Part shown: one piece after another, positions 18,072 to 27,130 of the stretch | Numbering within the stretch: the first letter of the stretch is position 1 | Layout: every line of letters starts with the position of its first letter | IMG/VR virus record: IMGVR_UViG_3300030099_002804 | Span: 1-61,030 of that record | Direction: 5' to 3' (one strand) | DNA: 61,030 nucleotides | Source of the DNA: a virus | Taxonomy: Duplodnaviria; Caudoviricetes | Position numbers and translations under genes: made by a program | Notes under the pieces: model-generated | Told to the model about the DNA's origin: nothing | The model's input: the letters and a program-made list of their open reading frames with translations, nothing else | Database searches by the model: none

Positions 18072-18226
18072 GCCAACTAAAGCAACTACAACTACTGCTT
18101 GACGAAACGAATGAGCGATTGCAGAACACAAGTGCGCCATACCAAAGCCACGAATACCTGCAACTATTAGCATACAGGTGTGAATTGTGGCGCAAAATAG
18201 ATGACCTAACGGAGGGATTGGCATGA
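18068..18226 (+). CDS. small helical protein, paralog of 17716..17871
   Basis: MSQLKQLQLLLDETNERLQ. Confidence 0.65.
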   Translation: MSQLKQLQLLLDETNERLQNTSAPYQSHEYLQLLAYRCELWRKIDDLTEGLA

Positions 18227-18333
18227 AAATTAGAGTGCCTACAAAGATTTGGTGCGCTTGGCTGGTCTTGACCCTGCCAATCGCCGTAATCAACCTACTG
18301 CTCTATATCACAGGTGTCGTGGAGGTCGGCAAC

Positions 18334-18357
18334 TATAAATAGGGGCGGCCCCATATA
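18334..18357 (+). promoter_or_regulatory. class I viral promoter
   Basis: TATAAATA-GGGGCGGCCCC-ATAT. Confidence 0.75.
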
Positions 18358-18385
18358 CAGACTGAAGCAACCGGAGAGGAGCAAC

Positions 18386-18550
18386 ATGGAATACAACAGA
18401 AAAAACAACGGACAATTCGACACCCCACAAAAGGTGTCATACCAATGCGAAGAATGCAATCACCAGCATATCGGATTTGAAATACATGGAATGAGAATTA
18501 CATGCCCCGAGTGTGGGTTCTCATTTGTCGTGGGGGTTGACGACCAATAA
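18386..18550 (+). CDS. small zinc-ribbon protein
   Basis: CEEC...CPECG, GAGGAG RBS. Confidence 0.65.
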   Translation: MEYNRKNNGQFDTPQKVSYQCEECNHQHIGFEIHGMRITCPECGFSFVVGVDDQ

Positions 18551-18551
18551 G

Positions 18552-18575
18552 TATTAATAGGGGCAGCCCCATTAT
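18552..18575 (+). promoter_or_regulatory. class I viral promoter
   Basis: TATTAATA-GGGGCAGCCCC-ATTAT. Confidence 0.75.
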
Positions 18576-18612
18576 ACAAATGAAACAACCCACCAAAACA
18601 GGAGGAATAAAA

Positions 18613-18789
18613 ATGGAAAAAACATATACAATAAGCGTAACATACGAAGCACAAATAACAACAACCGCAACACCTACTGAAATCGAAGAAGGGATTTGGG
18701 TAGGCGACATAGAGATAGCAAGACTGGGACACGGAGGCGGGATTATCGTTCTCGCTAATGCGACAGACATAGACATACAGGAGGAATGA
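18613..18789 (+). CDS. hypothetical protein
   Basis: CAGGAGGAATAAAAATG leader, identical to that of 19287. Confidence 0.6.
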   Translation: MEKTYTISVTYEAQITTTATPTEIEEGIWVGDIEIARLGHGGGIIVLANATDIDIQEE

Positions 18790-18792
18790 AGA

Positions 18793-19284
18793 ATGAGAAC
18801 ACAACGAGAATACGGAATTGAAGCAAGAATACTACTGAAAAAACTACAAGAGGCAGGTTGCCAATTTATCAAGACCAGCGACTCGTATGGCGATAGTTAC
18901 TACGACATACCATGCGAGGGACTGAGCATTGGTAAAATCGCATACAACCTATGGAATCTTGAGGACTCAATGCTGATTATCAGAAACCCCGATGGTAAAA
19001 AAGCATGGGCACGATTCGTTTTCGGCAACGGCTGGGGCGAATTGATGGCTGATTACTCAGTGAACCTGCTCGGCAAATCTTTGCCATACGAAGAGGCCCG
19101 CCAGCGTGAGCGAGATGTAGGACTATTCGACTACTACGATTGGAGAATCAACGATGTTCTCAACTTCTTTGGAGTCACAAAAAAACTGACAGACATCATT
19201 GATGAAGCGGTGAATATAAATAGGGGGAGCCCCCATATAGAAAATGAGGCCGACTCAGAAACCGGACACACACAGGAGGAATAA
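18793..19284 (+). CDS. hypothetical protein
   Basis: 163 aa ORF in the early operon. Confidence 0.6.
   Translation: MRTQREYGIEARILLKKLQEAGCQFIKTSDSYGDSYYDIPCEGLSIGKIAYNLWNLEDSMLIIRNPDGKKAWARFVFGNGWGELMADYSVNLLGKSLPYEEARQRERDVGLFDYYDWRINDVLNFFGVTKKLTDIIDEAVNINRGSPHIENEADSETGHTQEE
19215..19238 (+). promoter_or_regulatory. class I viral promoter (inside the 3' end of the upstream ORF)
   Basis: TATAAATA-GGGGGAGCCCCC-ATAT. Confidence 0.7.
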
Positions 19285-19286
19285 AA

Positions 19287-20549
19287 ATGGAAAAAGCAAC
19301 AACAATAAGAATGACGAAGGACGAAAAGGACATTATGCAACTGCACACGGCGGCCCGAGGGCTACAAGAAGTGCAGCAGGCAATCGTCGCCGAGTTTAAC
19401 AGACAACATGCCGACTTCGATGGCAACGCTGAGTTTGATGGCAATTGGCCTAACAAGACGCTGAAAAAGGGTCTGACGATGCAAAGATTTAGCATCAGAA
19501 GAGGCACCTTGCCACAGGTCGAAGCCAAGTTTGACTGGACACCGGAGTATGTCAAGAAGCAAACTGAGATTGCTGAGGAGCAAAATCGCAGACCGTATCT
19601 GTATAGCGCAGGTCAATACCGACCAATCAATCCACAGATTACTGACGAAGATGGCAAGCCAGTCAAGCATGATGACGGCACAGACAAGTATCGCTGGGAG
19701 TGGACACCGCACATCGTAGCAGGTATCGAAACCTACATGGAAAACTGCATGAAGGCGGCGTTAGCAGCCACAAAGCGTGACTTGACCGAGCAAGAAGTAA
19801 AATACAGTCGTGACGGGAGAGTGCAAGAAGTATGGAATGTCGTGCAAAGACTACAACAATTCCAAGCATACATCACATTGGATAAGACCTACTACGAGAA
19901 CGGCGGCAGAAGCCTTGTATCGAAGCGAGCAAGCCCATACGAGCATCAACACTATGTCTTGCGTGGTGACGGCTCCAACCCAAGCGATAGTGACTACTAC
20001 ATACACCCGCTACTCGGGCTTGGTCTGAAGTGGTCGCTCATCAGCAAGGGCAAAAAGATTCTGCAAGCATTACAGAATATGCACACTGCCTACAACACAT
20101 ACAACAACAAGCAAAGGAACCGCAAATACACGCAAACCAATGTTGAAGCCTATGTGAAGAATGTGGAAATGAACGAGCAAGCCTACGAGGCCTTAATCAA
20201 GAGGCACACTAATTGGGGAACCGAAGATGAAATCACAATTGAGGATGCAATCAAGGCAGACAACGCTAAGAGGGCTGAAGTTGAAGAATACTTCAAGAAC
20301 ATGCCACACGCTGACATGCTTTCGACAGGAACACGAACACCTGCATTCTGCCGCCTATCAATTAGCGAGCAAGTTAAGCAAGCCGAGAATCGCATCGTGC
20401 AAAGCAAGGCTACGCTTGCCCGTGAGCAAACCCGTCTGACTGAGGAGACATCTGACCTACCTAAGTTGGAGTGGCAAATCACAATGATGGAGGCCGAAAA
20501 AGTAGCCGCACAATACGGACTACTCAATGACGGGGGTGAAGAGGAATGA
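19287..20549 (+). CDS. hypothetical coiled-coil protein
   Basis: 420 aa, strong RBS, heptad-like C-terminal half. Confidence 0.75.
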   Translation: MEKATTIRMTKDEKDIMQLHTAARGLQEVQQAIVAEFNRQHADFDGNAEFDGNWPNKTLKKGLTMQRFSIRRGTLPQVEAKFDWTPEYVKKQTEIAEEQNRRPYLYSAGQYRPINPQITDEDGKPVKHDDGTDKYRWEWTPHIVAGIETYMENCMKAALAATKRDLTEQEVKYSRDGRVQEVWNVVQRLQQFQAYITLDKTYYENGGRSLVSKRASPYEHQHYVLRGDGSNPSDSDYYIHPLLGLGLKWSLISKGKKILQALQNMHTAYNTYNNKQRNRKYTQTNVEAYVKNVEMNEQAYEALIKRHTNWGTEDEITIEDAIKADNAKRAEVEEYFKNMPHADMLSTGTRTPAFCRLSISEQVKQAENRIVQSKATLAREQTRLTEETSDLPKLEWQITMMEAEKVAAQYGLLNDGGEEE

Positions 20550-20827
20550 GTCTAAACACTAACCCCTCAGACACAACACTAAGCGAGCATAGTCGTGCGG
20601 CTTGGGTTCTCAAGGAATGGGCAGAAGATTTGAAGTGCCTCGATGGGATGGAGAAGAGTGATTTTAGGTCACTGTTTTTCCGTGATGCGACAAAGGACTA
20701 CTTTGAAACAAAATGGGATTTGTTTTGCAGTGACAAGTTAAGATTCATTTGGGGAGTCATTCATAATATCGACCTGTTGGAACGGATTATGTATTACATC
20801 AGTTGGAGTAAGGGGATGGTTGAATGA
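20546..20827 (+). CDS. hypothetical protein
   Basis: ATGA-coupled ORF. Confidence 0.6.
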   Translation: MSLNTNPSDTTLSEHSRAAWVLKEWAEDLKCLDGMEKSDFRSLFFRDATKDYFETKWDLFCSDKLRFIWGVIHNIDLLERIMYYISWSKGMVE

Positions 20828-21039
20828 TTGACCTACTACCGATTATCGCTGGCATAGAGGGGGAATGGATTGACCTATGCGGTCGAAAAGTTTTCCAGCA
20901 CAGGATTCACAACACCCAGTATATGCCCGGTTCGCACCCAGCCGTTGAGGCTGGTGTGACCGAGGAATCTGAATGGTATCTGATGATTGAAACTGATGGC
21001 CGGACTTGGATTTGGGATGGCTGGATTATGGAGGGATGA
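20824..21039 (+). CDS. hypothetical protein
   Basis: ATGA-coupled ORF. Confidence 0.55.
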   Translation: MIDLLPIIAGIEGEWIDLCGRKVFQHRIHNTQYMPGSHPAVEAGVTEESEWYLMIETDGRTWIWDGWIMEG

Positions 21040-21264
21040 GCATGGGCTGGATGAATAATAAGAGCGAGCAAGAGCATGAGTACTACGAGTCTGAGCCTGT
21101 GTATAATTCCGCAGGGATTAAAGTAGGCGCAATCATAGTCCGAAAGGAGGATTCAGAATGAGTTACTGGGGAACCGCATACTCGCAGGTCAAGCAAGCAT
21201 TCAAGTGCCGCAGGTGCGGCGAGATTGGATTGCGATACGCACATGAAAAATGCGAATGCCAAAG

Positions 21265-21288
21265 TATAAGTAGGGGCAACCCCTATAT
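21265..21288 (+). promoter_or_regulatory. class I viral promoter
   Basis: TATAAGTA-GGGGCAACCCC-TATAT. Confidence 0.7.
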
Positions 21289-21308
21289 CAAATCGGAGCA
21301 GTGATACA

Positions 21309-21557
21309 ATGGATAAACTGAAGAATGCAAAACTAATACTAGAAGAATACAAGCGAGCGATTAACCCGATACTCGACCACTTTGAAAGTGCGAGTATCAA
21401 GTCGCTACGCTTGAAGCAAGGCAACATGCTGACATCTGAAGAGTATCATTACTTAGACCAACGCATAGCGGAGGCTGAGTCAATACTTAGAGGCGTGTTG
21501 AATGACTACGAAGAATTGATGTACGAAGCATTAGATGAGAAGGAGGACTTGGAATGA
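21309..21557 (+). CDS. hypothetical helical protein
   Basis: First ORF after the promoter. Confidence 0.6.
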   Translation: MDKLKNAKLILEEYKRAINPILDHFESASIKSLRLKQGNMLTSEEYHYLDQRIAEAESILRGVLNDYEELMYEALDEKEDLE

Positions 21558-21778
21558 ATGACGAAATAAAAAATAAAATTATGGAAACACTGAACGCAAG
21601 GGACAAGACAGTGGGATTGGGTAGCGGAGGCGAAGTACATTACTTGTGCGGTGCTATGGAAATGTATCTGCTACTGAACCCCGAATCAGAAAAGGATGGG
21701 TCTTGGTGCCCGCCATCATGGGTGATACCCATTCTGAGTGGAGATAGCCCTTTACAGGCATGGAGGAATAAACAATGA
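21554..21778 (+). CDS. hypothetical protein
   Basis: ATGA-coupled, GGAGG RBS. Confidence 0.6.
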   Translation: MNDEIKNKIMETLNARDKTVGLGSGGEVHYLCGAMEMYLLLNPESEKDGSWCPPSWVIPILSGDSPLQAWRNKQ

Positions 21779-22110
21779 GAACATTATACGGAACCGATAG
21801 CAAGCACAGACTGTGGACTAAAACTGAATATGCCGATGGCAGAATCGAGATTCAGATGCAGAAAAGGTTTGGTGGCAAGCCAGTGAAAGTTACACCCTCA
21901 CACAAAAAGGGTTTCGTGTGCTTTGAATCGGGCAACAGTTGTTATCACAGACCAATAGAGTACATCAACTGGACTACGGAAAAACACACCGAGCCGATTT
22001 CGACAGGCTACCAAAGACAACCACCGAGGCCACCGATGTCGGCTCCGGCGTTAGAGTGGCTCATCCGTGAAATAGAAACTTGGAGGGAGGACAGTGGTTC
22101 AACTGAGTAG
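21775..22110 (+). CDS. hypothetical protein
   Basis: ATGA-coupled, GGAGG RBS. Confidence 0.6.
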   Translation: MRTLYGTDSKHRLWTKTEYADGRIEIQMQKRFGGKPVKVTPSHKKGFVCFESGNSCYHRPIEYINWTTEKHTEPISTGYQRQPPRPPMSAPALEWLIREIETWREDSGSTE

Positions 22111-22381
22111 GTCTAAGATGTGGTGGAGCAAGGAGGACAAGGAATGGTATGTGCAGGTTGCATCAGACCATGAGCGAGCCATGTTCCGCCCCGATTGGTG
22201 GGAGGGAACGGAAAAGGTTCTGAGCAAAGGCTATGATTACAGTAACAAGTACGGCTGGTTCATCATCGTGGGTGTACCAGTCAAGCAGTACTTGAAGCAC
22301 CATCCCGAAGATGTGTACTTGGTACAGGCCGTGTTAGATGAAATCAAAAAGCGTGACGATAGGAGGCGTAAAGAATGTTGA
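22094..22381 (+). CDS. hypothetical protein
   Basis: GTG start after GGAGG. Confidence 0.55.
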   Translation: MVQLSRSKMWWSKEDKEWYVQVASDHERAMFRPDWWEGTEKVLSKGYDYSNKYGWFIIVGVPVKQYLKHHPEDVYLVQAVLDEIKKRDDRRRKEC

Positions 22382-22632
22382 GTGACCACCAAGATTCAGA
22401 ACACTTCATGGGAGTGCGTAGCGAGGATGAGTTACTAGACATGCTCGACCGAGCCGAGCGCAGGCAGAACAATATGCTGGCCCACCTAAGTATGATTGGC
22501 AATCGCAAAGCAACACCGGCTATACGCAAAAAAAGAATATACTACATGAGGAATTACAAAGCACTTGAGGGCGTAGTAAAGACCCTCCGATGGGCACTTG
22601 GGGACATGAATGTGGAACACCCACTGGAGTGA
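22375..22632 (+). CDS. hypothetical helical protein
   Basis: GGAGG RBS, ...TLRWALG C-terminus. Confidence 0.6.
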   Translation: MLSDHQDSEHFMGVRSEDELLDMLDRAERRQNNMLAHLSMIGNRKATPAIRKKRIYYMRNYKALEGVVKTLRWALGDMNVEHPLE

Positions 22633-22642
22633 GCCGGCATCG

Positions 22643-22666
22643 TTAAATACCGGCAACCCCTATAAC
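22643..22666 (+). promoter_or_regulatory. class I viral promoter
   Basis: TTAAATA-CCGGCAACCCC-TATA. Confidence 0.65.
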
Positions 22667-22682
22667 AAAATGAGGATTTGAT

Positions 22683-22916
22683 ATGAGTAATACATACGAA
22701 ACAGAATATGGAGAAGCGAAGGCCGAATGGCTGGATGAACCGCAGAAATGGCAAATCAATCTATACCCTAACAGTATAGCAGATAGACGACCACTTTACA
22801 AAGCGGTAACAAAAAGACTACACGAAGATGGATTTACTACATCTATTCTTCAGCAACGCAACAACAAGTTGCGATTCACATGCTGGAAATCAGAAGCAGT
22901 GGAGGCGGGCGAGTGA
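22683..22916 (+). CDS. hypothetical protein
   Basis: First ORF after the promoter. Confidence 0.6.
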   Translation: MSNTYETEYGEAKAEWLDEPQKWQINLYPNSIADRRPLYKAVTKRLHEDGFTTSILQQRNNKLRFTCWKSEAVEAGE

Positions 22917-23043
22917 CTAAGCGTATAGTCACCTGCTCATACTGTTGTGAACCAATCACCTTAGAGGAGATTGGTGAAGGCATGTTGAGAGTTTTCAAGA
23001 CCTGCGGTTGTGACCGTGGGCCAATGACACAGGAGATGATGTA

Positions 23044-23310
23044 ATGAAAAAGTATAGTGAATATTTAGCAGAAAAATACGAGCCGATGACGGCTGAAGAT
23101 TGGAAAGTTTGGTCTGAGGCCAATGGGACAGGTATGGGAACAGACCACATAGGTCTTGACCAACTTGTTGATGAGATTGCATACCTACGAAGCGTGTTGG
23201 CCGAGTGCTATATGTGGATGGGGCGCAAGGTTCACAGTGGTTCGATTACCAAGAAGTATCAGTGGGCTATGGCCGAGTGCTACCGCATCAGACAGGAGGA
23301 TAAAGAATGA
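23044..23310 (+). CDS. hypothetical protein
   Basis: GGAG RBS. Confidence 0.55.
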   Translation: MKKYSEYLAEKYEPMTAEDWKVWSEANGTGMGTDHIGLDQLVDEIAYLRSVLAECYMWMGRKVHSGSITKKYQWAMAECYRIRQEDKE

Positions 23311-23410
23311 GCGAGATTGTTAGACAGACTATCGTGTTCGCTGACGGGAGCATGGTGATTATGGTTCGCCAACCCGACGGCACATTTAGTTACGAAAGGA
23401 GGCAACGCTG

Positions 23411-23710
23411 ATGGTAGGGACATTGTTACACATACCAGTGGATGCACCAGCAAAGACCATAGTCACTATGCCTATGGGCGCAACACTAGATGATGCGAAT
23501 TACTTTGCGGCAGACCTGTTGGATGCTGAGTACCCACTAGAGATGCACAAGATTGATTCGGAAATCAAGGTGTTCACGCTGGTTCAAGACGGAACATACG
23601 ACTACAATCGAGGACTGACTATTGCATTGGATGAGTTACTGGGAATCAAGGTAGCACTTGAGGGGCCAGTAGTTATCTGCATGATGCCGCCGGAGATGTT
23701 AAGTAGGTGA
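23411..23710 (+). CDS. hypothetical protein
   Basis: GGAGG RBS. Confidence 0.55.
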   Translation: MVGTLLHIPVDAPAKTIVTMPMGATLDDANYFAADLLDAEYPLEMHKIDSEIKVFTLVQDGTYDYNRGLTIALDELLGIKVALEGPVVICMMPPEMLSR

Positions 23711-23722
23711 AACCCCTATATC
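23699..23722 (+). promoter_or_regulatory. class I viral promoter (diverged)
   Basis: TTAAGTA-GGTGAAACCCC-TATAT. Confidence 0.55.
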
Positions 23723-23740
23723 AGTTTGGAGAGGAACGAC

Positions 23741-24298
23741 ATGAACATATTTGTTTTAGATAAGAACCCAATACGAGCCGCACATTACTTAGACGATGTT
23801 AGAGTGCCTAAGATGTGCGTGGAAACCGCACAAATGATGGCATCAAGTCTGCGCCGACACGGTGCTACTGATGAGCAGATGCCACTAACACAGAAAGGCA
23901 CACCATACAAAGGCGGTTATCACAACCACCCTTGCACAGTATGGGCTGGCGAATCGCTGGATAACTTTGCTTGGCTGGCTACCCACGGTGCCGCCTTGTG
24001 TGCAGAATACAAAGTGCGCTTCGGTAAAGAACATGCGTGTGAAGGACCGATATGGCAAATGATTGAGTTGGCAGACCAGCATGTATTCTTGCCCGACATC
24101 GGCCTAACGCCATTCGCACAGGCTATGCCGGATGAGTACAAAGACGATGACGAGGTTGTAGCATACCGAAGATATTATCAATCTAAAGCCCATAGCAAGG
24201 GCGGAGTCCGGTACGACAAGAGTACCCACGGCTGGCCCGATTGGTGGGTCGTGGACACGGACTTTCTATACGGAGTAAAATACGAGGTGACAGAATGA
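23741..24298 (+). CDS. pyrimidine dimer DNA glycosylase/endonuclease V-like protein
   Basis: MNIFVLD...KMCVETAQM...YK..HNHPCTVW...TPFAQAMPDEYK...AYRRYY. Confidence 0.8.
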   Translation: MNIFVLDKNPIRAAHYLDDVRVPKMCVETAQMMASSLRRHGATDEQMPLTQKGTPYKGGYHNHPCTVWAGESLDNFAWLATHGAALCAEYKVRFGKEHACEGPIWQMIELADQHVFLPDIGLTPFAQAMPDEYKDDDEVVAYRRYYQSKAHSKGGVRYDKSTHGWPDWWVVDTDFLYGVKYEVTE

Positions 24299-24516
24299 GT
24301 GACAGAAAATTAGTTGAGGCGGCGAAGCACATACTGAGATATGTGGTGATTAGGAATAATAGCACAATACCATTGACGCTGATGGATGCGGCAAAGGTTA
24401 TCTATTTGGCGGTTGACGAGCATGCGTTAGAGGATGCTTACAATACCTTGCAGATGGAGGAGGCACAACGCTACGATACCGAGCGAATGCGTATCGAGAT
24501 GGGTGATGTACTATGA
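24295..24516 (+). CDS. hypothetical protein
   Basis: GAGGTGA RBS, ATGA-coupled. Confidence 0.55.
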   Translation: MSDRKLVEAAKHILRYVVIRNNSTIPLTLMDAAKVIYLAVDEHALEDAYNTLQMEEAQRYDTERMRIEMGDVL

Positions 24517-24791
24517 TGTCTAACAGGTTACATCGTGGTGGCTACATAAACAAGAAGGATAAACTGATTGAGTTTATCTGTCTTGAGTGCGAGACCTGTC
24601 ACAAGGTTGGTGCTATGGAGGGCTCTCTCAAGGAGATACCTAAAGACAAAGGCGTTCATTTGATGTTCGACCACAAACCAACCGTGATTTACTTCAAGGA
24701 AACTGAGGATGGGAAAAAGTATGAACCGTTGTGCAGACAATGTTCAGACAGGATTTCATTAGTCGTGGTGGAGAAGGCTCAGAAATGTTGA
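24513..24791 (+). CDS. zinc-finger protein
   Basis: CETC...CRQC. Confidence 0.55.
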   Translation: MMSNRLHRGGYINKKDKLIEFICLECETCHKVGAMEGSLKEIPKDKGVHLMFDHKPTVIYFKETEDGKKYEPLCRQCSDRISLVVVEKAQKC

Positions 24792-24810
24792 TATAGTGGC
24801 GGGCATAAAG
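24788..24810 (+). promoter_or_regulatory. class II viral promoter
   Basis: TTGATATAGTGGCGGG, with related copies at 26281, 33377, 37122, 39405 and 10048 (minus). Confidence 0.6.
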
Positions 24811-24917
24811 AATAGAATGGAGCAGGGTCGAGATTTTGTGTGTTTCTCCCATCTAATTTAGATGGTTCCTCAAGGTTGCTTGCTTCGTTCCTTTCCCTCG
24901 GCCCTGCCCCACTATTC
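24810..24917 (+). ncRNA. candidate small RNA or structured leader closed by a long terminal stem
   Basis: GAATAG..TGGAGCAGGGTCGAG pairs with CTCGGCCCTGCCCCACTATTC. Inner hairpin CCATCTA/TAGATGG and pyrimidine-rich loops. Confidence 0.5.
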
Positions 24918-24949
24918 AACAAGCAACCAATTACCGTAGGTGATATACT

Positions 24950-25255
24950 ATGAGAAGAAAACAATTACATATTTTTGCAGACAAGGTGGCGGCTATGCTT
25001 TTGGAGAACCCAAAGGGATTGTCGTCATACGAGATATACAATAGACTTGCTGACGATAGAAGCAACATGAGATGGCTACCAGCACGAAACACCATAGGCT
25101 CACGCCTGTCAAACATTATTGGTGTGGAACAGGTAGGCCAATCATTCGAGGCATTCCGGGCACACGACTTGGCTCCCGGCAGACAGGTTGTGTTATGGAG
25201 ATTAGACATAGAGCGATTCAATGAGTGGAGGTTTGGTAATGAGCCAACTCGGTGA
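24950..25255 (+). CDS. putative winged-helix DNA-binding protein
   Basis: LLENPKGLSSYEIYNRL...P..NTIGSRL pattern. Confidence 0.55.
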   Translation: MRRKQLHIFADKVAAMLLENPKGLSSYEIYNRLADDRSNMRWLPARNTIGSRLSNIIGVEQVGQSFEAFRAHDLAPGRQVVLWRLDIERFNEWRFGNEPTR

Positions 25256-26021
25256 ACCATTAGTGGTGAATCTATCCGACATTGACTTTGTGACTACTAA
25301 GCCATACACTCGCAACGCTAGAGGCGAGTTAGTACAGATACCGTACATAGAGATTAAGGTCAACAAAAAGTTACCTAAGTTTATGATGATAGGCAAAGGT
25401 CTGATGTGGTCGTACTTAGATGCACTGTTTGAAGATGACCCGCTACCTAGAGGCCCGGTCAACGAGGACATATTCGCACCGAAGGTGGATGGTCCGTCAC
25501 TGTATTCGCTACTCAACTCATTTACCCAAGAGGTAAAGGATGAGGGAACAGACTACATTGTGATGTATCATAACGATTTTGTAGTCACATACTTTGAGTC
25601 ATTCAATGCCTCGGTGTTGTCGGACATCAATGTTTTGGCTGAGGGGCTGGCGCAACTGTGCCCAAAGCCTGTCGAAAAAAGACCATTCGTGTATAAGTCT
25701 AGTAAAGTTACCATTAGACCATCACTTATGATGCCTATTAACGGGTGCTTGCTCGAAGTAATTGACATCGGGCAACGCTGGTATTACCGACTGACCGCAC
25801 AGGCTGGCAATAATGTGCTTATATCGCTGATACAACCTACTACCACCAAGAAGAATGACAAGGGTGAAACATTTGCTAAACTACAATCGCTGATTGGTAT
25901 AGCATCAAGAGTGAATGTGTTGCATATTGACGGCCACCACTTAGGAACACCTATGACTAACAAGGGTATGAGGACTAATGAGATTGATGCGATTCTATAC
26001 AGAAGGGGGTTGACTATTTAA
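25239..26021 (+). CDS. hypothetical protein
   Basis: ~260 aa ORF, GGAGG RBS. Confidence 0.65.
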   Translation: MSQLGEPLVVNLSDIDFVTTKPYTRNARGELVQIPYIEIKVNKKLPKFMMIGKGLMWSYLDALFEDDPLPRGPVNEDIFAPKVDGPSLYSLLNSFTQEVKDEGTDYIVMYHNDFVVTYFESFNASVLSDINVLAEGLAQLCPKPVEKRPFVYKSSKVTIRPSLMMPINGCLLEVIDIGQRWYYRLTAQAGNNVLISLIQPTTTKKNDKGETFAKLQSLIGIASRVNVLHIDGHHLGTPMTNKGMRTNEIDAILYRRGLTI

Positions 26022-26028
26022 CTTTGAC

Positions 26029-26273
26029 TGAATTAATTTTATTATTTCAGTAACTACAAAATTAATTAAATGGGGCACTGCTCGCATGTTGGCCGAATTA
26101 ATTTATTTCTTCAAAGGCATTTATACAAAGGGGCGTAATACTATACTACTAACCTATGATATATACTTAATATAATGTTAAATGTTCTAAGGGAAATAAA
26201 TTAATTAGCGCAATATCCACGCAGTAATTCGTTTATTTAATTTTACGATTACAAAATTAATAGAATTAATTCA
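26029..26273. repeat. AT-rich ~245 bp imperfect inverted repeat, candidate replication origin
   Basis: Arms 26029-26123 and 26179-26273 are reverse complements with mismatches, rich in AATTAATT, upstream of the MCM-like operon. Confidence 0.65.
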
Positions 26274-26301
26274 ACAACAGTTAAATACTGACGACGGATT
26301 A

Positions 26302-27126
26302 GTGATTATTATGAGAACGAAGTACGATACAATAGACATATACCACGACGAACCGCTACCAAAACTAGGCGGTGTAGTGGTATTTACTGAGAATGAATAC
26401 GGAATGGCATCACTGTTGGCAGGGACAACTATCATTGGTGATAGGGAACCCGATGCAATAGTGATGAGTCATCTTCTGAGCGAGTTGGCTTTCAACGCCG
26501 CACCGAAGATGGCTAGAGTAGGTTGGGAAATCTATTTTGAAAAGAACCATGCTGGTGATACCATAGCATTTGTTATGCTCACCAACTGGCCTAATGTTCA
26601 ACTGTTCCCGCCGGAATCAAGCAAGGCTACATGGATTTACACATACCCTACTGTTAGGGATTTGGTGATTAGCCTACAGGAATTAGGCGCAGAAGAGTTG
26701 CGCTTTTTGTCAAGCACCACTATACATGAGGCTCTTGACAATGATACCTACGCCCTGCTCTCTCCAAAGACCATAAAGAATTATGTGTATGGTAGTGACA
26801 GTAACGAGGATGATAACCTATTCTTCTCTCCGCCAACATGGTTATTCCCATACTTGGCGCACAAGATAGGTTACGATAGAGCCGAGATTATCATGTCCGG
26901 TTGTGATGATGATAAGAAGGTTGATGATGTGGCGGGCTGGACTTTGGCTGGCTACTTATCTGACTACATGGGCAACAAGTTACTCAAGCGTGACTACAAC
27001 AAGATAGTCAAAGACTTCAACAAACTCATGCAAAAGCATGAGAAGATGCACGATGACATGGTTGAGAACATGAAGGCAGTTAGTGAGGCACAGACTATGG
27101 CACCAAGCGAACATATGTGGGGTTGA
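26302..27126 (+). CDS. hypothetical alpha/beta protein, weakly PAC2 (proteasome assembly chaperone)-like
   Basis: GMASLLAG..II and LQELGAEELRFLS segments recall the PAC2 family. Weak. Confidence 0.4.
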   Translation: MIIMRTKYDTIDIYHDEPLPKLGGVVVFTENEYGMASLLAGTTIIGDREPDAIVMSHLLSELAFNAAPKMARVGWEIYFEKNHAGDTIAFVMLTNWPNVQLFPPESSKATWIYTYPTVRDLVISLQELGAEELRFLSSTTIHEALDNDTYALLSPKTIKNYVYGSDSNEDDNLFFSPPTWLFPYLAHKIGYDRAEIIMSGCDDDKKVDDVAGWTLAGYLSDYMGNKLLKRDYNKIVKDFNKLMQKHEKMHDDMVENMKAVSEAQTMAPSEHMWG

Positions 27127-27130
27127 TACA

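Noticed and set aside
17716-20549. Pup-like tag proteins (C-termini GESQ, EESQ, QEE, GEEE) as amidoligase substrates
   Set aside because: These endings are explained by the overlapping GGAGGA ribosome-binding site of the next gene.
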